In this document: positions 59,574 to 64,000 of the stretch, one piece after another
How positions within the stretch are numbered: position 1 is the stretch's first letter
Layout: the number at the start of each line of letters is the position of its first letter
Origin: the human T2T-CHM13v2.0 reference genome, Homo sapiens
NCBI RefSeq assembly: GCF_009914755.1
Contig: NC_060946.1
DNA length: 64,000 bases
Direction: 5' to 3' (one strand)
The notes under the pieces: generated by a model
Databases searched by the model: none
Seen by the model: only the letters and a program-made list of their open reading frames with translations
What the model was told of the DNA's origin: nothing
Made by a program: the position numbers and the translations under genes

Positions 59574-60070
59574 TGTGACAGGCAGAATATCTTCCTAAAG
59601 ATCTCCGTGCCCTAATCCTGAAAATATGTTGTATTATATACAGCACAGAGAACTTTGTAGATCTAATTAAGGTCATGGACCTTTAAATGAGGAGATTAGC
59701 CGGAATTATCCAGGTGAACCCAATCTAATCCCATGATCCCTTAAAAGCACAGAGCTGTATATGGCTGGAGCCTGAGAGATTCAACATAAAACGCCAGAGA
59801 TTTGAAGGGTGGGAGGGACTCACGGCTGACAGAAAGCATGTCAGGGAGAGCAGGCACCCTCCAGGAGCAGAGACTTTTCCCCAGCTGACAGCCAGCAAGG
59901 AAAGAGGGGTCCCAGTCCCACAACCTCCAGGAGCTGACGTTAGCCCACAACCTGCATGAGTGTAGGAGAAGACTCCTCCAGAGCCTCCGGTCAGGAATGC
60001 AGCCCTGCCAGCACCTTGATCTCAGCCTGCAAGATCTTAAACAGAGAACTCAGCTGAGCCTCCCTGGACT
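59574..60070 (+). mobile_element. MaLR LTR (MLT1D-like)
   Basis: tgtgacaggcagaat...gagattagccggaattatccaggtgaacccaatctaatc...cagccctgccagcaccttgatctcagcc. Confidence 0.75.
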
Positions 60071-60071
60071 T

Positions 60072-60570
60072 CTTATTTTTTAATTTAGAGACAGGGCCTT
60101 GCTCTGCCCCACCAGGCTGGAGTGCAATGGTGCAAACATTCATAGCTCACTGGAGCCTGGACCTCTCAGGCTGAAGGGATCCCCTCACCTCAGTCTCCCT
60201 CCTGAGCAGCTGGGACCACAGGCACGTGCCACCATGCCTGGCTAATTTTTGAAAAAATTTTTTGTAGAAATGAGGTCTCGCTATGTTGCCTAGGCTGATC
60301 TTGAACTCCTGGGCTCAAGCGATCCTCCTGCCTTGGCCTCCCAAAGTGCTGGGATTGCCGGCATGAGCCACTGCACCTGCTTTATTGTGATTTATTCTCT
60401 ACAGTATTTTGTTAGAGTTTGGCTGGGTGTGGTGGCTAACACCTCTAATCCCAGCACTTTGGGAGGCGGGAGGATCACTTGAGCCCAGGAGGTCAACGCT
60501 ACAGTGAGCTATGATTGTGCCACTGCACTCCAGCCTGGGCAACAGAGCAAGCCCTTGTCTCAAAGAAAGA
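60072..60570. mobile_element. Alus 60072-60380 (-) and 60421-60570 (+ fragment)
   Basis: Alu consensus. Confidence 0.85.
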
Positions 60571-60814
60571 ATAAATCACACTGGATTAAAAAAAAATTTT
60601 CAAACATGAGTCAAGAAGCAGCCTGTGAAATATCAGGCTCAGCCCCAACTACATTTCAGGGCTAACTAGGCCCAGAGACCCACTGTTGGTGCTATTTCGT
60701 CAGCTCTTATCCAGGACCCTGATCCAGGCTCTCCTCAACATTCGCAAGAGAGTGTTTGAGAAAGAATGGTTAAAAGCAAGTGTTCAGTCGCACACACTCA
60801 GAGAGATGGCACAG

Positions 60815-60980
60815 TTTGTAATCCTAGCTCTGTGGGTCTCAGAGTATGGCCCCTGGCCAGACTCAGCAGCCTCACCTTCCCAGACCTCCCGACTCAGAAA
60901 CTCCAGGGCGGGGACTCAGGAATCTGCTTTAACCACCCCTCCAGTGATCCTCGTGCATGGTCAAGTTTGAGAAGCATTGT
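60815..60980. mobile_element. MER5A-like remnant
   Basis: tcagaaactccagggcgggg...caggaatctgctttaac...aagtttgagaagcattg. Confidence 0.65.
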
Positions 60981-61620
60981 ATATCCTAGCTGAATCTTTC
61001 TTTAGGATGGATATCTTCCTTGAGGATGGATAATGCCATCTTTCTAGGATGAGTGATGGAGCTGCAGAGGCATTTCAGAAGGTCGGTCACTAGGTTTCAA
61101 GGGCTTAAGGTGACACAGAAACTGCAGTGTTGTAGAAGCAAACCAAGGACAACAGTGCACCCAGCTAGGTTAGATCAAAGTGGCGGGTAGCGAAGGGGAG
61201 TGGCAGCCTCCCTTTCACAGAAGGTTTGCTATCACACCCCACCCGCAGACAAAGCCCCCTGGGTATCACACTGAGGGGCCATGCACGGAAGGTGGGCACC
61301 ATGCAATGAGGCAATCCACACCAGCCTCAAAGGTGCTACTCTCTGCTAGTCAAAGTCTACCTAGAAGACACTTCCAGACAAAGGCCAGCCTCAGTAACCA
61401 AGACGTGCCTGCAATGATTAACTGAACAGTTTTTTAAAACCTGGAAGGTGTTTGTGTGCTCAGATCACATCCTACGTGGTTGGGCAAAAGCTGGCAAAGT
61501 GTGACACATAGCTGACACTGGAAAACGGGAATCCAGGTGAAAAACAGTTTTCTAGGTGCAGGTAGGAGAAAGGGGGCAAACAAAATCTGACAGATACACG
61601 AGAGAGAACTCCAGGGTGTT

Positions 61621-61994
<374 letters not shown>

Positions 61995-62666
61995 TCAGAG
62001 TTGGATCTCTTAAACAAACAGGCAATTGCCCAGATGGCCCGACCAGGCCTCCACTCATTGGTTTCTTTCTGGTCCTCTGACTGTTGTGCCTCGCCTGTCT
62101 TTCTCCCAGACGTTGTTGGAATTCCCACCTCCACATGCCCACCCCTAGATCCAGCTTCCTGGCTGGTGCCTGGGAGCGTGGCTTCTGCCCGCCCACTGGC
62201 CTGGCCTCAGAGGTCTGCCCTACCCTGACGCTAGCAACTGCTCAGACTAGGCAGCCCGTGGATGGAACTGCCTGATGCTGTCCTCCCATGCAAAGAGAAT
62301 GGAGCCCTGGAAGAAGGCTCTCTGGAGTCACCCCAACAAAACACCATGTGAGCCTTGCACTTCCTTGCAGTGTGGCAGGGCACATCTCACATGGGTGCTT
62401 GCAGGGATGTGGAGGTGGGAATGTGAGAGGGTGGGGAGGGGTGTGGAGTGGCCAGGATCCAGGGGAGAATGCCCCACGGAGACAGAGACCCTTGGCTTGG
62501 TATGAAGGGAGCACAAGAAGGAGTAAATCCAGGACACGGCTAGACTGTGGCACCCCTGTGGGAGTGCCCGCACTTAGGGACACATGACCTTGGGGGAATT
62601 CTGGACAGCTTAGAGGCTTACTCCATGACAGAAGATACTTCCCTTCTGGAGACCTCAACTTCTCTC

Positions 62667-63210
62667 TGTGTTAGTTGGCTGAGGCTGCCATCACACAATA
62701 TCACAATCTTGGTGACTCAAAAAACAGAAACTTATTTCCTCACAGTTCCCTGGGCTGGAAGTCCAAGATCAAAGTGTTGACAAGCTTGGTTTCTTCTGAG
62801 GCCTCAGTGTGCCAACAAGGACCCTTGCTGTCTCTTCCCACTCCGAATTTCCTGTTCCTATAAGGACGCCAGTCAGATTAGATTAGGCCCACCCTAAGGG
62901 CCTCCTTTTAATTTAATCACCTCTTTAAAGGTCCTATCTCCAAGTACAGTCACCTTTTGAGGTACTGAGCATTAAGGCTTCAACACACGAGTTTTGGGCC
63001 AGGAGTGGTGGCTCACAACTATAACCCCAACACATTGGGAGGCTGAGATGGGAGGATCCCTTGAGCCCAGGAGGTCGAGGCTCAGTGAGCTATGATCGTG
63101 TCACTGCACTCCAGCCTGGGCAACAGAGCAAGACTCTGTCTCAAAACAAAACAAAACAAAACAAAACAAACCCATGAATTTTGGGGGAGACACCACTCAG
63201 CCAGCAACAC
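62667..63210 (-). mobile_element. MaLR LTR (MLT1A/B/C-like) interrupted by an Alu fragment (62996-63170)
   Basis: gctgccatcacacaatatcaca...cagaaacttatttcctcacagttc...gctggaagtccaagatcaa. Confidence 0.8.
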
Positions 63211-63768
63211 TGTAAGTATGGAATACTAATACCAACCTATTTCACTAGTTGAGGGAAGTGATTTCAGAAGAGGGGGCTGAGATTTGTCATAATCAGCAGA
63301 CCAAGTTTAGATGTAAGTACCTCCTGCAAAATTTCAGAAAGATCTGTCTTGTCCTTTGTCAACAGAAAAAATCACTCCTTCATGCAAGCATTTATTGAGT
63401 GCCTCTCTGTGCCAAGTTGGCTCACTGCAATGCAGATATTATCTGATCTAATCAAGGGGTATTTATTGAGTGGCGTTGGAGGTTAAAGGAGTATCAAACA
63501 AACTTGATCCCAGTCCTGAAGGAGCTTGTAATTCTTGCTGGAAAGGCAAGACCAACTCATAGGAAACAACAGGAACAGCAGCAGGTGATATACAACTGAG
63601 TTCTAAATTGTGTGGTGCAGACTTCAATTGCTGCTGGAATTGGGAATGAGGAAGATCAATGAGGGAGCGGGTCAGCACCAGCTAAATCACTTAGACTGAG
63701 GCATTCATCAGCCTGAGCCATTGTTCACGCTGCAGACTTTCTGTTCAAAATGGTAAAAGCCAGTCCGA

Positions 63769-64000
63769 GGCTGGGCACGGTGGCTCACGCCTGTAATCCC
63801 AACATTTTGGGAGGCCGAGGCGGGCGGATCACATGAGGTTGGGAGTTCGAGACCAGCCTGACCAACATGGAGAAACCCTGTCTCTACTAAAAATACAAAA
63901 TTAGCCGGGCGTGGTGACGCGTGCCTGTAATCCCAGCTACTCAGGAAGGCTGAGGAAGGAAAATCTCTTGAACCCAGGAGGCAGAGGTTGCAATGAGCTG
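63769..64000 (+). mobile_element. Alu, cut by the window end
   Basis: Alu consensus. Confidence 0.93.

Overview
This is human (or very closely related primate) genomic DNA. It carries essentially the whole ADA2 (CECR1, secreted adenosine deaminase 2) gene on the minus strand. Nine coding exons were resolved by hand, all with GT-AG boundaries: 30146-29825, 27760-27541, 24264-24054, 12298-12171, 10520-10430, 8934-8826, 3272-3115, 2533-2331 and 2087-1994. They join to 1536 nt, an intact 511-aa ORF with a signal peptide and the HLH, HAGE, GHG and SDDP motifs. A non-coding first exon ends at 39825 and sits next to a PU.1-IRF composite motif. There is a probable further-upstream first exon (donor at 42196) and an internal first exon in intron 4 (MDSLEWNWAL) that would give a 270-aa isoform. 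The 3' UTR probably runs off the left edge. Two processed pseudogenes lie antisense in introns: RPL32 (intron 4) and FAM32A (intron 1, nested L1 > retrocopy > Alu). The rest is very Alu-dense (roughly 90 elements or fragments by eye), with L1, L2, MIR, MaLR/ERV LTR and hAT relics; about 42.4-64 kb looks intergenic. I found no convincing new multi-gene system. The most unexplained signals are a ~85-bp segment duplicated at matching distances before exons 5 and 6, tandem repeats abutting three splice acceptors, and a chimeric L1-FAM32-Alu ORF. Transposon boundaries and subfamily calls are by eye and approximate.
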